Below are positions 51,001 through 63,024 of a stretch of DNA of 64,000 nt, piece by piece (position 1 is the stretch's first letter; each line of letters starts with the position of its first letter). Where the stretch lies: positions 5,982,600-6,046,599 of the forward strand of contig NC_134036.1 in assembly GCF_964204645.1 (NCBI RefSeq). Direction: 5' to 3'. The notes under the pieces are model-generated. The model saw only the letters and a program-made list of their open reading frames with translations. It did not search any database and was not told the DNA's origin. Both the position numbers and the translations under genes were made by a program. The DNA is from Tubulanus polymorphus (lineage: Eukaryota > Animalia > Nemertea).

Positions 51001-54000
51001 TCAAATCTTCGTTCAATTCAATTTAAGTGTCATTTCCTTTTTGTTTGGTGTGAGACTAAATAATGACACCTTGTTTTTCCGCTGCTGCCGGGCTATTTTG
51101 TAAACTGCAAAAAAGGGGAAATTTGTAATGAGTTCATTTAACTGTCGGGTATGTTATCTAAATAACTATCTATAATTATAACATGTAGTTAGCTTGATCA
51201 AGATTTAAAATAATGTGTAGGGAAGATAGGTGGCCGGCCAGGACCCAGTTCCACAGTTGTGAGTTAGAGTAAACTCTGAGTTAAAGTTCGTTCATTTTCA
51301 ATGTTTTAACCCAGGGTTAAATCCTAACTCAGAACTGTGGAACTGGACCCAGGTCTACATTCAAGCTCAGCATAAATGAAAAACAAGGTAGATACTTTTT
51401 AGCTTTGTGTCATGTTGTATCCTATGTAAAAATGAAATTGTTTTATCCATCGTCGATATTTAGTTACATTCGTTATAGTGGCTTATTAGTGCCTTTTTAT
51501 CGACACACTTTCTTAAACTGATCGTCCACACTTCGCGTATTATGTTCAGTACTTCACCCGCGAGACGTTTCTAATTAAAAATGAACCGCAAACACCTGAC
51601 AATGGTCCTTCATCAGTACACTTTCAAAAACTGATCGTCCACGCTTCACATGCTTTCAGTGCTTCACCTAGGACATTTTTATTTGAAAATGAACTGCAAA
51701 CACCGGACATTAGACGGTTTATCAGTGCACTTTCGAAAACTGATCGGTCCACATTTCACATGTGTTCAGTGCTTCACACGAGACATTTCTAATCGAACTA
51801 GAAACACCTGACATCAGACATTTCATCAGCGCACTTTCTAAAACTGATCGTCGGCGCTTGTTTTCTTTCGCGTCTTTTCAGGTGTACGATGAAGGTATAT
51901 TGAAGTTGAGCCTGAACTGCGCGCGTGCGGCCGCGCGATGCCGAGTAAGCCGTTTCGTCGAGCTATCGACTGCGCAAATGCATTCTTCGGACAAGGTAAG
52001 TCGTGGTTAAAATTTGGTTAAAACTTGTTATTGTTATATCAGCGCTTGAATTGGATCAAAATTTCGCTATCGTGATTATTATTTTTTCAAATTTATTTAT
52101 TTTACTCTCAAACCCAATCCAAGTATTAAAGGGACGACGCAAAATTTACAGATATTATAAGTCTGTAGAAAATTTGCAAATTCAATTAGATAATAAACTT
52201 ATTTACACGAACAAACAGAAATCACACAGAAACCAATTTAGACTACTAGGCCTATCTACTAATGAGAGCAAGCATTCATTAGACAAATGCAATTTTTTAA
52301 TAAGAGTTTCGTGCAAAAAACTGCAAATTCTTTAGGTGAATTGAGCAAAAAAATTAATCGGGATTATATCCGTAATCATAATCATTCGGGACTTCAACAA
52401 ACAAGTGCCTTTCGAATACAAGGGACGAACGGCGAGATGAAATGTGACCATTAGAAATACCCTTCATTATACACAGGGCACGAAAAAGTATATAAATATC
52501 CATCACTTGTTGTCGTCAGTATTAACTGGGAGACGGTGGCGCCAGCTATCGGTAGAAGCGCGAAGCACGCATATCGGCAGCGTCGCCTTTTTCCGTTGTA
52601 TCGCCGACTAGCTTTTTTCCGAAGCTCGTCGATGTTCGCGAGGAGTGAAGTCTGATAAAAGTTTGAAAACTGGCTCGATGCGACCAGCTATTTACCGCCC
52701 GATAATTGTATTCGTTAGACAAGTAAAACACCGTCGTGTTCAGTGTAGCAGCAACTTACATAAACTTAAATCTTGGCGGCGTCGACACTTTTTCACACTA
52801 TATCTTACTAAAAGGATATAAGTATTTTTGCGTCCCCGAAATGGGGGTACTGTTATTGCTACTGGAAACCTTGGGCAGCTCTTGAAACATTACTTTTTTT
52901 ATTCGGCCTTTTGATAACGTGGATGCCACATGCGCTGTGAAAACCCGTACCTGGAAAGACAGGGAATTATCGGAGGTCCGAACAAAATGTATGCGGCGAC
53001 ACGCGGGACTCCAACTCCCGACTCATCAGGTGCAAAAGCCTTGATCTTTACTAACTGGGCTTCTAAAGACACGGTACCGTAAAATCGTTTTGATGCGGTG
53101 AGAGTCTATAACGAGAATTCCTGATTACTGATTGGCTGCAATTTTTGTCTGCCTCCGTTTGGCCCCCTATAAATATTTTCACTCCCGTTGATACCCGTTG
53201 CATTAGTTAAAACAATTATTGACTACCGCACAATATTTCAAGGGCCAAAATTCTTCTCCGCAGCAACACTACTCGTAATGACATATAGTCTGTAGAGTCG
53301 TCATCCTCGCTTGGGCGCTGAGCGGGAATCTGTATCGGCTATGTAATCGACCGATGAATTTGGTGTGCGCAATCAAACCCTGGCGAGCGAGGATCTAGGT
53401 AGAGTCTCATGTTAGTCGCTTTGACCTACCATAAAGGCCGTACCCTCCTCATAAGCTTTTGTAAACGAGTGTAGTTTATAGAGGATCCCGCAATAATAAC
53501 GAACACGAAAGAAAAATGATTAAAGTAACGTTTAACATTACTCGGCAGAAATTATGAACAAAGACTCTAGAGCTTATCGAGTGATTACTTTTCATGCGAT
53601 CAATCCTACGATGTCCTGTCTACGGAAGAACATTGCGGCAACGTGAACGTGATTTTTTTTCAAGTCGAGATTTCGAAACTCGAAATATTTACTTTAAAAA
53701 AAAATGTTCATGTGGCCGTAATGCTCTGCCGTACGTGTCAGTTCGGTTTAGTTTTCTGTTTTGTTTTTCAGCACCCGGTCACCGAGGAGACGCCCCACCT
53801 GTCACCGTGGACGCTCGCAGCTAAATACAAGCTGAAGGTCGAGGAGGCTCTTCGCAAAATCGATGGCTTGAACTACGTGATCATCCGTCCGGCGATCGTT
53901 TACGGAATTGGGGACCGGCTCGGACTTAGTAAGCACAAAAAACGCAACCACTTATAATAAACTGGTTAAGCCTCGGTAACATTAAACAACCTTTAAGTAA

Positions 54001-57000
54001 CTGACCCCAGTACCGCGGTGTTTAAACACTGGTTTACATTAAACAACCTTTCAGTAACTGACCCCTGCACCGCGGTATTTAAACACTGGTTTACATTAAA
54101 CAACCTTTCAGTAACTGACCCCTGTACCGCTGTATTTAAACACTGGTTTACATTAAACAACCTTTCGGTAACTGACCCCTGTACCGCGGTATTTAAACAC
54201 TGGTTTACATTAAACAACCTTTCGGTAACTGACCCCTGTACCGCGGTATTTAAACACTGGTTTACATTAAACAACCATTCAGTAACTGACCCCTGTACCA
54301 GTATTTAAACACTGGTTTACATTAAGCAACATTTCAGGAACTGACCCCTGTACCGAGGTATTTAAACACTGGTTTACATCAAACAACCTTTCGGTAACTG
54401 ACCCCTGTACCGCGGTATTTAAACACTGGTTTACATTAAACAACCTTTCAGTAACTGACCCCTGTACCGCGGTATTTAAACACTGGTTTACATTAAACAA
54501 CCTTCCAGTAACTGACCCCTGCACCGCGGTATTTAAACACTGGTTTACATTAAACAAGCTTTCAGTAACTGACGCCTGCACTGCGGTATTTAAAAACTGG
54601 TTTACATTAAACAACCTTTCAGTAATTGACCCCTGTACCGCGGTATTTAAACACTGATTTACATTAAACAACCTTTCGGTAACTGACCCCTGTACCGCGG
54701 TATTTAAACACTGGTTTACATTAAACAACCTTTCAGTAACTGACCCCTGTACCAGTATTTAAACACTGGTTTACATTAAGCAACATTTCAGGAACTGACC
54801 CCTGTACCGAGGTATTTAAACACTGGTTTACATCAAACAACCTTTCGGTAACTGACCCCTGTACCGCGGTATTTAAACACTGGTTTACATTAAACAACCT
54901 TTCGGTAACTGACCCCTGTACCGTGGTATTTAAACACTGGTTTACTTTAAACAACCTTTCGGTAACTGACCCCTATGCCGTGCCATTTAAACAGCGGTAT
55001 TTTATTTAATTTTCAGCTCCACGTTTGATAATCGGCGCCGTTTACAAAGAGTTGGGCGAAAAGATGAACTTACTCTGGACGAAGGATCTTCGCATGAACA
55101 CCGTCGACGTTCGAGACGTGTGCAGCGCCATCTATCACCTGTGCTACCACGGCGATAGCGGTCACGTGTTTAATCTGGTCGACAAAAACTGCACGAGTAT
55201 GTGACGTTATTTTGAGCGATTTTTTTCGGTGGTACTATCAGTTTCAATAGTTCGATATAGAAGATTTAAGATATTTTTCTTCTATTTTCTTTTCAGCTCA
55301 GGGCGTCATTAATGAACTGATATCTAGTATATTCCGTATACAGTACGATTACGCCGGCACAGTCGTGTCTAACATGGCTCGGGTAAGGCAAAACAGTATG
55401 TATTCATCGTTCAGGCAACGAGTTGTGGGTCCTGTGGTGTGTTCTAATAGCTGCTTAATCCCCGCTATAGCTGTGAGGAAAGGGGTTCCCCGAGAACCTA
55501 TTGCGTATGTTCTACTCGCTGTTCTCCCGCTACAGCTGTGAGGAGAGGGGGTTCCCCGAGAACCTATTGCGTATGTTCTACTCGCTGTTCTCCCGCTACA
55601 GCCGTGCGGAGAGGGGGTTCCTCGAGAACCAATTGCGTCTGTTCTACTCGCTGCTCTCCCGCTACAGCCGTGCCGAGAGGCGGTTCCCCGAGAACCAATT
55701 GCGTCTGTTCTACTCGCTGCTCTCCCGCTACAGCCGTGCCGAGAGGCGGTTCCCCGAGAACCAATTGCGTCTGTTCTACTCGCTGCTCTCCCGCTACAGC
55801 CGTGCCGAGAGGGGGTTCCCCGAGAACCAATTGCGTCTGTTCTACTCGCCGCTCTCCCGCTACAGCCGTGCCGAGAGGCGGTTCCCCGAGAACCAATTGC
55901 GTCTGTTCTACTCGCTGCTCTCCCGCTACAGCCGTGCCGAGAGGCGGTTCCCCGAGAACCAATTGCGTCTGTTCTACTCGCCGCTCTCCCGCTACAGCCG
56001 TGCCGAGAGGCGGTTCCCCGAGAACCAATTGCGTCTGTTCTACTCGCTGCTCTCCCGCTACAGCCGTGCCGAGAGGCGGTTCCCCGAGAACCAATTGTGT
56101 CTGGTCCACTCGCTGCTCTCCTACGGTTTGTAGCGAGTCTCCAAAATGCTTAAATGAGCTCACTCTTGGAAGTCTGGATACTTTCCAGAAAAATAATTTC
56201 TAAAAGTGCCTAAGAAAACGCTTAGTTTTGACGGATTTCTCGTCACTTTTGCCTGACAAGAGTGCTAAAAAGTTCACACCTTAGCCTAACTACTATAAAC
56301 CCAGTTTCCTTCTACAGCTGCTTGGGAAGGACCTCACTAACAACCTATTGCATACTTCTTCAGTTAGTTAAGACGATAGCATTCGCTGGTCATTTTTTTC
56401 TTCAGTTGAATATGCAAAACGTAGTGGCGGACATCAACAGTAAACATATGGCTCCTTGGGCATCGATGTGTCGGTCATCGGGAATAGATAATTCCCCTCT
56501 GAACCCGTATTTAGATCAGGTAATATTTACTTATCCATATCAACGTCCCGGTAATAATTGGAACATATGCAAGCAAAAAATAACAGCATCACTGAATATT
56601 GTTTATATCCATCGTTTGCGCTGCCGGGACCCTGCAACCCATTGCCTCTCTCTTTCGTTAATGACTCGTAGAATTGAGTATAAACGTCACTACTCTCTTA
56701 CTTATGAAAATGGTTCATAGAATTGAGTCTAAACGTAACTTCTCTCTTAGTTTTGAAAATGGCTCATAGAATTGAGTCTCAACGCCACTACCTCTTAGTT
56801 TTGAAAATGGCTCATAGAATTCAGTCTCAACGCCACTACCTCTTAGTTTTGAAAATGGCTCATAGAATTCAGTCTCAACGCCACAACTCTCTTAATTTTA
56901 AAAATGGCTCATAGAATTGAGTCTAAACGTCACTACTCTCTTAGTTTTGAAAATAGTTCATAAAATTGAATCTAAACGTCACTACTCTCTTTGTTTTGAA

Positions 57001-58979
57001 AATGGCTCATAGAATTCAGTCTAAACGTCACTACTCTCTTAGTTTTGAAAATAGTTCATAAAATTGAATCTAAACGTCACTACTCTCTTTGTTTTGAAAA
57101 TGGCTCATAGAATTCAGTCTAAACGTCACTACTCTCTTAGTTTTGAAATTGGCTTATAGAATTCAGTCTAAACGTCACTACTCTCTTAGTTTTGAAAATG
57201 GCTCATAGAATTCAGTCGAAACGTGCTACTCTCTATCTCTCTCTTAGTCTTTCTTTGCCGATTTTTTTCTGCAATTCGACGCGTTATGATCCAACATTCG
57301 ATCAGTGATACTTTTCTGTTTAACTTTGCTCTACTTCTTTACGCAGGAATTGTTGTACAATAAACACGTGAACATGGACGGCAGTAAGATCGAGGGAACT
57401 GGCTTCGTTTACAAATACCCGGTACTAACTAAAGAGGCCTTGCAACAGGTACATATAAAATGCGTCTATACGTACGGGTTTATTTGATAAGGGCATTTAC
57501 GAATTGAATGAAAAATGGTATCATGGCTAGTCCTAAGTTTTCAGATTGGCAGAACTAAGATGGTCAACCGAGTTCCCTGACTGTCAACTCGGTGAAATAT
57601 TTACAGCAGTCCCAGCCCGCTACCGACTTCCCTGATTCGATTCTGGACTCGGTGAAAATTTCGAACACTACCAAGTTCCCAGATTCCGAACTCGTGAAAT
57701 ATTTTAATTTAAGGCTAAACAAAAATGATTGCTTGTTTCTCCGCAGCGGCCGGGTCATTTTTGTAAAATATGATAAAATTTATAAACAGTTCATTTCTAT
57801 AGCGGCCGGGTCTGTTATGGTGAAATTGATCACGATTTAAAAAAAAGTAATGTATAGGGTAGATAGGCGGCCGGGTCAACATTTAAGCACAGCATAGCGG
57901 AGAAACAAGGTATCAATTTTTTTGGCCTAATAATGATTATTTAGTTTGTATAACGCCCTTTCCTCCACTGTGAAACAATGTTCAACGGCGCTGTTTATGG
58001 TTCAAACTTCATACGCAGCTTTGAACTTTGATTTACGGCAGTCCAACGCTACCGAGTTCCGTGAAACTCAAATCGTTGAAATATTTGAACGCTACCGAGT
58101 TCCCTGATTGTCAACTCGGTGAAATATATTTACAGCAGTCACAACGCTACCGAGTTCGTTTCCTGATTCTCAACTCGGTGAAATATATTTACAGCAGTCA
58201 CAACGCTACCGAGTTCCCTGATTGTCAAATCGGTGAAATATATTTACAGCAGTCACAACGCTACCGAGTTCCCTGATTGTCAACTCGGTGAAATATATTT
58301 ACAACAGTCACAACGCTACCGAGTTCGTTCCCTGATTGTCAACTCGGTGAAATATATTTTCAGCAGTCACAACGCTACCGAGTTCCCTGATTGTCAACTC
58401 GGTGAAATATATTTACAACAGTCACAACGCTACCGAGTTCCCTGATTCTCAACTCGGTGAAATATATTTACAACAGTCACAACGCTACCGAGTTCGTTCC
58501 CTGATTGTCAACTCGGTGAAATATATTTTCAGCAGTCACAACGCTACCGAGTTCCCTGATTGTCAACTCGGTGAAATATATTTACAACAGTCACAACGCT
58601 ACCGAGTTCGTTCCCTGATTGTCAACTCGGTGAAATATATTTTCAGCAGTCACAACGCTACCGAGTTCCCTGATTGTCAACTCGGTGAAATATATTTACA
58701 ACAGTCACAACGCTACCGAGTTCGTTCCCTGATTCTCAACTCGGTGAAATATATTTACAGCTGCCCAACGCAATCGAGTTCCCTGATTCTGTGCAATATT
58801 TACAGCAGCCCAAATACTACCGACTATTCTTCATTACATTACATATAGATCAAACCGTTGTTTTTAAGACGAAAAGTTCTGTTTAGATGCGTCGACGATT
58901 TCTCGATGTGTCGTTATGCTCGATATTTCAGGTTCTGGACGACTACGTCGAGTTGGGAATATTCCCGAAGACCGCGTGA
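37060..58979 (+). CDS. Extended SDR / NAD-dependent epimerase-dehydratase family protein, 11 exons, 373 aa
   Basis: Exons 37060-37105, 49053-49114, 50035-50140, 50834-50940, 51882-51995, 53772-53928, 55017-55196, 55297-55382, 56406-56519, 57347-57448, 58932-58979. All GT-AG and in phase (1122 nt). Rossmann motif LILGGVGFIGRNLV is split by intron 1; also VVNLA, FVELST, IIRPAIVYG, TVDVRDV, FNLVD. Candidate AATAAA at 60361. Confidence 0.92.
37836..43306 (+). CDS. Spliced DD83E transposase with acidic linker and C-terminal PHD finger, 7 exons, 529 aa
   Basis: Exons 37836-37998, 38647-38779, 39585-39692, 39845-39978, 41087-41287, 41708-41856, 42605-43306 (1590 nt, in phase, no internal stop). Motifs GRPSIELDQFD, IVYLDETWIN, GKGARLIILDAG, GDYH, IVMDQASYH, LP..HCELNPIE; C4HC3 CAVC..WVACSMCDRWFHVSC..FKCKRC. 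Confidence 0.9.
38361..38578 (+). mobile_element. PIF/Harbinger-type MITE family A (~220 bp); copies at 39276-39491 (reverse), 40548-40768, 57713-57927, diverged copy ~51053-51403
   Basis: TIR GGCTAAA(A/C)AAAA(A/T)TGATACCTTGTTTCTCCGC; perfect 3-bp TTA or TAA target duplications at four copies. Confidence 0.9.
38970..39127 (+). mobile_element. PIF/Harbinger-type MITE family B; near-identical reverse copy at 42340-42497
   Basis: TIR GGG(G/A)TCATTCATTTATTACGTA; TAA target duplication. Confidence 0.88.
41930..41996. repeat. (TA)n microsatellite in transposase intron 6
   Basis: Pure dinucleotide run. Confidence 0.97.
44012..44691 (-). mobile_element. Harbinger-type MITE family C (ends GGCCACACCAAAA); shorter truncated copy at 42125-42339; contains palindromic insert ~44225-44435
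   Basis: Both ends of 44012-44691 are reverse complements of 42125-42339; TWA flank at one end. Confidence 0.75.
47170..48960. repeat. 32-bp minisatellite array (~1.8 kb)
   Basis: Unit TAAGATAACCTTAGCCTGGTCTTAAATCTCAC, with 10-bp AGATAACCTT insertion variants. Confidence 0.97.
51500..51850. repeat. ~110-bp diverged repeat; copies at ~49520-49670, ~61720-61790, ~63260-63500
   Basis: Core TCAG(C/T)(A/G)CACTTTC(A/G)AAAACTGATCGTCCAC...GAAAATGAAC..CAAACACC.GACATTAGAC. Confidence 0.75.
53960..54990. repeat. 57-bp minisatellite filling SDR intron 6
   Basis: Unit TTTAAACACTGGTTTACATTAAACAACCTTTCAGTAACTGACCCCTGTACCGCGGTA. Confidence 0.97.
55460..56130 (+). repeat. 66-bp GC-rich minisatellite, ~10 units
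   Basis: Unit GTTCCCCGAGAACCAATTGCGTCTGTTCTACTCGCTGCTCTCCCGCTACAGCCGTGCCGAGAGGCG. Confidence 0.97.
56665..57240. repeat. ~48-49-bp minisatellite
   Basis: Unit AGTTTTGAAAATGGCTCATAGAATT(C/G)AGTCTAAACGTCACTACTCTCTT. Confidence 0.95.
58070..58815. repeat. 55/59-bp minisatellite with dimeric higher-order structure; diverged units also at 57565-57705
   Basis: Unit AACTCGGTGAAATATATTTACAGCAGTCACAACGCTACCGAGTTC(GTTC)CCTGATTGTC. Confidence 0.95.
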
Positions 58980-60499
58980 ACACCGACGATCGAGGTCGGA
59001 CCCACCGTCAGATCGAGCGCAACGACAATACGCAGCAGCAAAAAAAAGGAAAAACACAGCTATGCATATCAACCGAGAAGTATTGATATAGTTTCTAAAG
59101 AGTTTTTTGTTTCTTACACATTCCCAACGCGCTAATGGAAAATTCCGCACGAAGGCTGTGCTATTATCGACGACGATGGTTTATTCGTAACTTATGGTTA
59201 AAACAGTCAACACGCCGCGGCCGCGCTGATCGGGTCGATAGCTTTATATGTCTTATATGCACTGACTGAGACGGTCAAATTTGTACATAGTCTCTCGGAA
59301 TTTTTGCTGGTATATATATCTGCAGCCTGGAACCGACCCTCGGAATATTCATTATCGTTGCATTTTAAGACTTGCACGACGAGCTTGTGATATAAGTGTG
59401 CCGACAACGTGTCTTATGTCTGGTGTTTACAGTTCGATTTTATTGAAATATTCATTGAAATATGTCTCAGACGTTTTGAACGCATACATACGCGTTCATA
59501 CGAAAGTTACATATATACGCGGCAACGTGCTTGAAAAACCAAAAGGGGCCTGTGTCCCATAGGTCTCCAAGCACCCAGAAGGAAAAACTTCCAACATTTA
59601 ATGAAATTTAAGTAAGATCAAATGCTTTGACGCTTGCAGATTATAATCGAAAAGTGTGAGGTCTGCATGATCGATTTCTTTTTCTAAAAGTTCGTTGTTC
59701 ACTAGAGAATGAAGTGCTGCTGAACGCGTCGTGCGAAAATGTGACGGAAAAAAGTCTCACGCGAAGTCTCGAACTGATGTTAAGCGTGGTCAATCACAAT
59801 TCAAAAATTTCCCGAAAATGTGCATTGTGTTTTTAGGTTCACGATTTAAAATCGGTTTCGTTTGAAATCGTGAACACATATGCGAAGTATGGACGATCAC
59901 TTTTTAAAAGTGCAATGATAGTTAAATCTAATTTGAAAAAGTGTCCTGATAGAATGTCTTATTTGAAATTTGTCTATTGATAGTGTATGTTGTTCTTTCT
60001 GAATCAAAATGCGAAGCTCTGAACACGTGTGAAGTGATGATAATTCCTGGGAATACTGAATATCTGGGGGTTCAAGGTCCAGGCTACAAAACAATACCCG
60101 CAGTCTATTATTACTATATGATGGAGTAGTGTTACTGCATTCAACCACGCGCTTTATCTAACCAAGATTGTTTATTTATTTTACAAAATCATGCATTTAT
60201 CAATATTGCAATGATCGCAATTTTATCGGGTACGATTTTCTCAAACTAGTCAATGTTTGTAGTAATTAAACGTTTAATTTTTGTGCATGTTGATTTAAAC
60301 GGATAATATATATTGTATATATATTGTATTCGGAATCGTTGATTAAATTAAACGATGATTAATAAAGTTAATTTAGTCTTTTTAACGAATTAAGTTCGTC
60401 TATAGGTTTCATTTATACTTACTCACTCGCTACTGTCGGGGCTGCAGTTTCTTATCCTAATAACAAACAAATTATTGGGGGATTGAATGGCACATACAC

Positions 60500-61170
60500 C
60501 CTTTCAGTAACTGACCCCTGCACCGCGGTATTTAAACACTGGTTTACATTAAACAACCTTTCAGTAACTGACCCTTGTACCGTGGTATTTAAACACTGGT
60601 TTACATTAAACAACCTTTCAGTAACTGACCCCTGTAGCGTGGTATTTAAACACTGGTTTACATTAAACAACCTTTCAGTAACTGACCCCTGTACCGTGGT
60701 ATTTAAACACTGGTTTACATTAAACACCCTTTCAGTAACTGACCCCTGTACCGCGGTATTTAAACACTGGTTTACATTAAACAACCTTTCAGTAACTGAC
60801 CCTTGTACCGCGGTATTTAAACACTGGTTTATATTAAACAACCTTTCAGTAACTGACCTCTGTACCGCGGTATTTAAACACTGGTTTATATTAAACAACC
60901 TTTCAGTAACTGACCCTTGTACCGCGGTATTTAAACACTGGTTTATATTAAACAACCTTTCAGTAACTGACCTCTGTACCGCGGTATTTAAACACTGGTT
61001 TATATTAAACAACCTTTCAGTAACTGACCTCTGTACCGCGGTATTTAAACACTGGTTTATATTAAACAACCTTTCAGTAACTGACCTTTGTATACCGCGG
61101 TATTTAAACACTGATTTATGTTTCAACATCCTTTCAGTAAGTGGCCCCCGAACAGTGACATTAAAACACT
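60500..61170. repeat. Second array of the 57-bp minisatellite
   Basis: Same unit and orientation as 53960-54990. Confidence 0.97.
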
Positions 61171-61861
61171 TAACGCGTGGAATTATTTCTGCGAAACAAA
61201 ACAGCAATGATCTTATTAACCATCACAGCTGGTGCTACGGCCAATTTTTTTTACGTTAGATTATCGGTTTCTAGCTCACTAAAAAGAAAAATGTCAGGGT
61301 TACTGCCACGGAGGACGGTGACACCTGGACAAAATGTTTCGCAAAAATGGTTGATATCTGTCGATTGCCTGAATAGGATGATAGAGACAGCAGGTTGATA
61401 ATAGCAGCAACGCATATTTTTATAACGCACATTTTTATAACGGATGTGTTTTTTTTTCGTTTTTTTGAAACAGTTCCAACAACCGGCTAAGAGTGGCAGA
61501 TGCCTCCCTCCTGGAATTTCTGAAACGTGGCCCATTTGCAAATATCGTCCGAGTGAACTGTCCCTTTTCAGGATCCTCTAACCCCCCCCCCCCCCAAAAA
61601 AAAAAAATCAAATTTTAGGTACGGCCCCGTCAAAGATGGTTGACATTTAGATTGTGTTTCTTTTAATTTCGTGCGTATTCTGGTTTTCGCTTTTAATTGA
61701 AACCGAACTAACGGTCACATGACATTTAATGTCATCAGCACACCTTCACTCATCAGCAAACTGATCGTCCACACTCCACGTGTTCGGCATCTCTTCCGTG
61801 ATATACTTCATTGAATACAAATCGGTTTCGCGTTTGTGGTTTACTTCGATACATCCTTCCC

Positions 61862-61987
61862 CGGCATGGATTCGAACCAGATGGCATCGCTACACTCAGC
61901 CACGGTACGAAACCCTGCTACGCTACTGTAGCAGGGTTTCGTGCCGTTGCAGAGTGAAGCGATGCCATCAGGTTCGAATCCCTGCCG
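61862..61987. repeat. 60-bp-arm hairpin built from two inverted B-box-containing units
   Basis: CGGCATGGATTCGAACCAGATGGCATCGC...AAACCCTGCTAC, loop GCTACT, then GTAGCAGGGTTT...GCGATGCCATCAGGTTCGAATCCCTGCCG. Confidence 0.88.
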
Positions 61988-62039
61988 TCGGAGGATGTAC
62001 TCGATAACGGGTTTTTCCGTCAAACCCTTTGCGACATTT

Positions 62040-62419
62040 GGGGCCGTCCATAAAAGACACCCACGCTGCAGGGGGAGGGGGTTAGTTTTTTTTGACTTTT
62101 GGGGACAAGGGAAAGGGGGGATTCCAATGATATGCATATCCATCTTGAAAGGGGGGGGGTCACTAGTTAAGGGACATCTTTTTTTATTAAAGTATGAGTA
62201 AAATCACTCAATCCTCCAATGACTAGTTACCAGAACAAGTTATAATTAGTAATTCCAGGTCAAGGGAATAAATGTAGATACGTTGATAAAAGTTAAGTTT
62301 TTTATGCTGCATCAAATCTTCATCATGTATGAAACTTTAAGTCCAAGGGGGTCAAGCTGATAGGGAGGGGGGTGTCATATTTTCCATATTTATTGTGGAC
62401 GTATTTTATGGACAGCCCC
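62040..62419. mobile_element. Diverged Harbinger-type MITE
   Basis: Ends GGGGCCGTCCATAAAA and TTTTATGGACAGCCCC followed by TAA. Confidence 0.6.
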
Positions 62420-63024
62420 TAAGTGTGGTGATTAGGGGCGTTGCCTTTCGATTGATGAGTAACGATAACTTGTACCTGAATAAATACCACCCCTTTCCTA
62501 GCAAATCAACTTGTCGGATATTCACACAATGTAAAAATATTTTTTCCGGGTAAAAAAGCATTCATACCGCCTTCTTTAGACCTTCTGGGGGTCGATGTGA
62601 AAAGATGATTTATTGATATCGCGCACCGCTGTCGAATCGCACAATAATAGCCGCCACACGATAAAAGAAGGCAGACACCAGTTCGATACACACGCCTGAG
62701 AGCAAAACTGAAAATCAAGGTAAGGAGTGTTCTATTTTGGGCATTTTGTTTTCAAATGAATGGTAATTTTGTTTACCGTTATTATTATAACTATTATCAA
62801 AAGCGTCTTCTGTCAGAAATCCCTATCGTGTTACTCGTGATTTTTATTATTATGGCTTTCTGACCGTCCGGCAGAAAACCCTAATGTAATACTCGTGATT
62901 ATTTCATAACCGTTCATTCTGTTATGAATACTAATTTCTCAAAATTTGCATATTTAATGATTCCGAGGGCAGAAAACCCGTTATCAGTTATTTGCTGTTA
63001 AATTTTGTCGATATAGATATTGAT

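Noticed and set aside
47170-61170. Regular arrays as CRISPR
   Set aside because: Units are head-to-tail with no unique spacers, there are no cas genes, and the context is eukaryotic (mostly intronic).
53993-61259. Long repetitive ORFs (53993-54954, 55501-56203, 58028-58848, 60452-61259), also 4245-4712 and 28647-29031
   Set aside because: Open only because repeat periods are multiples of three; open in several frames or strands; intronic or intergenic.
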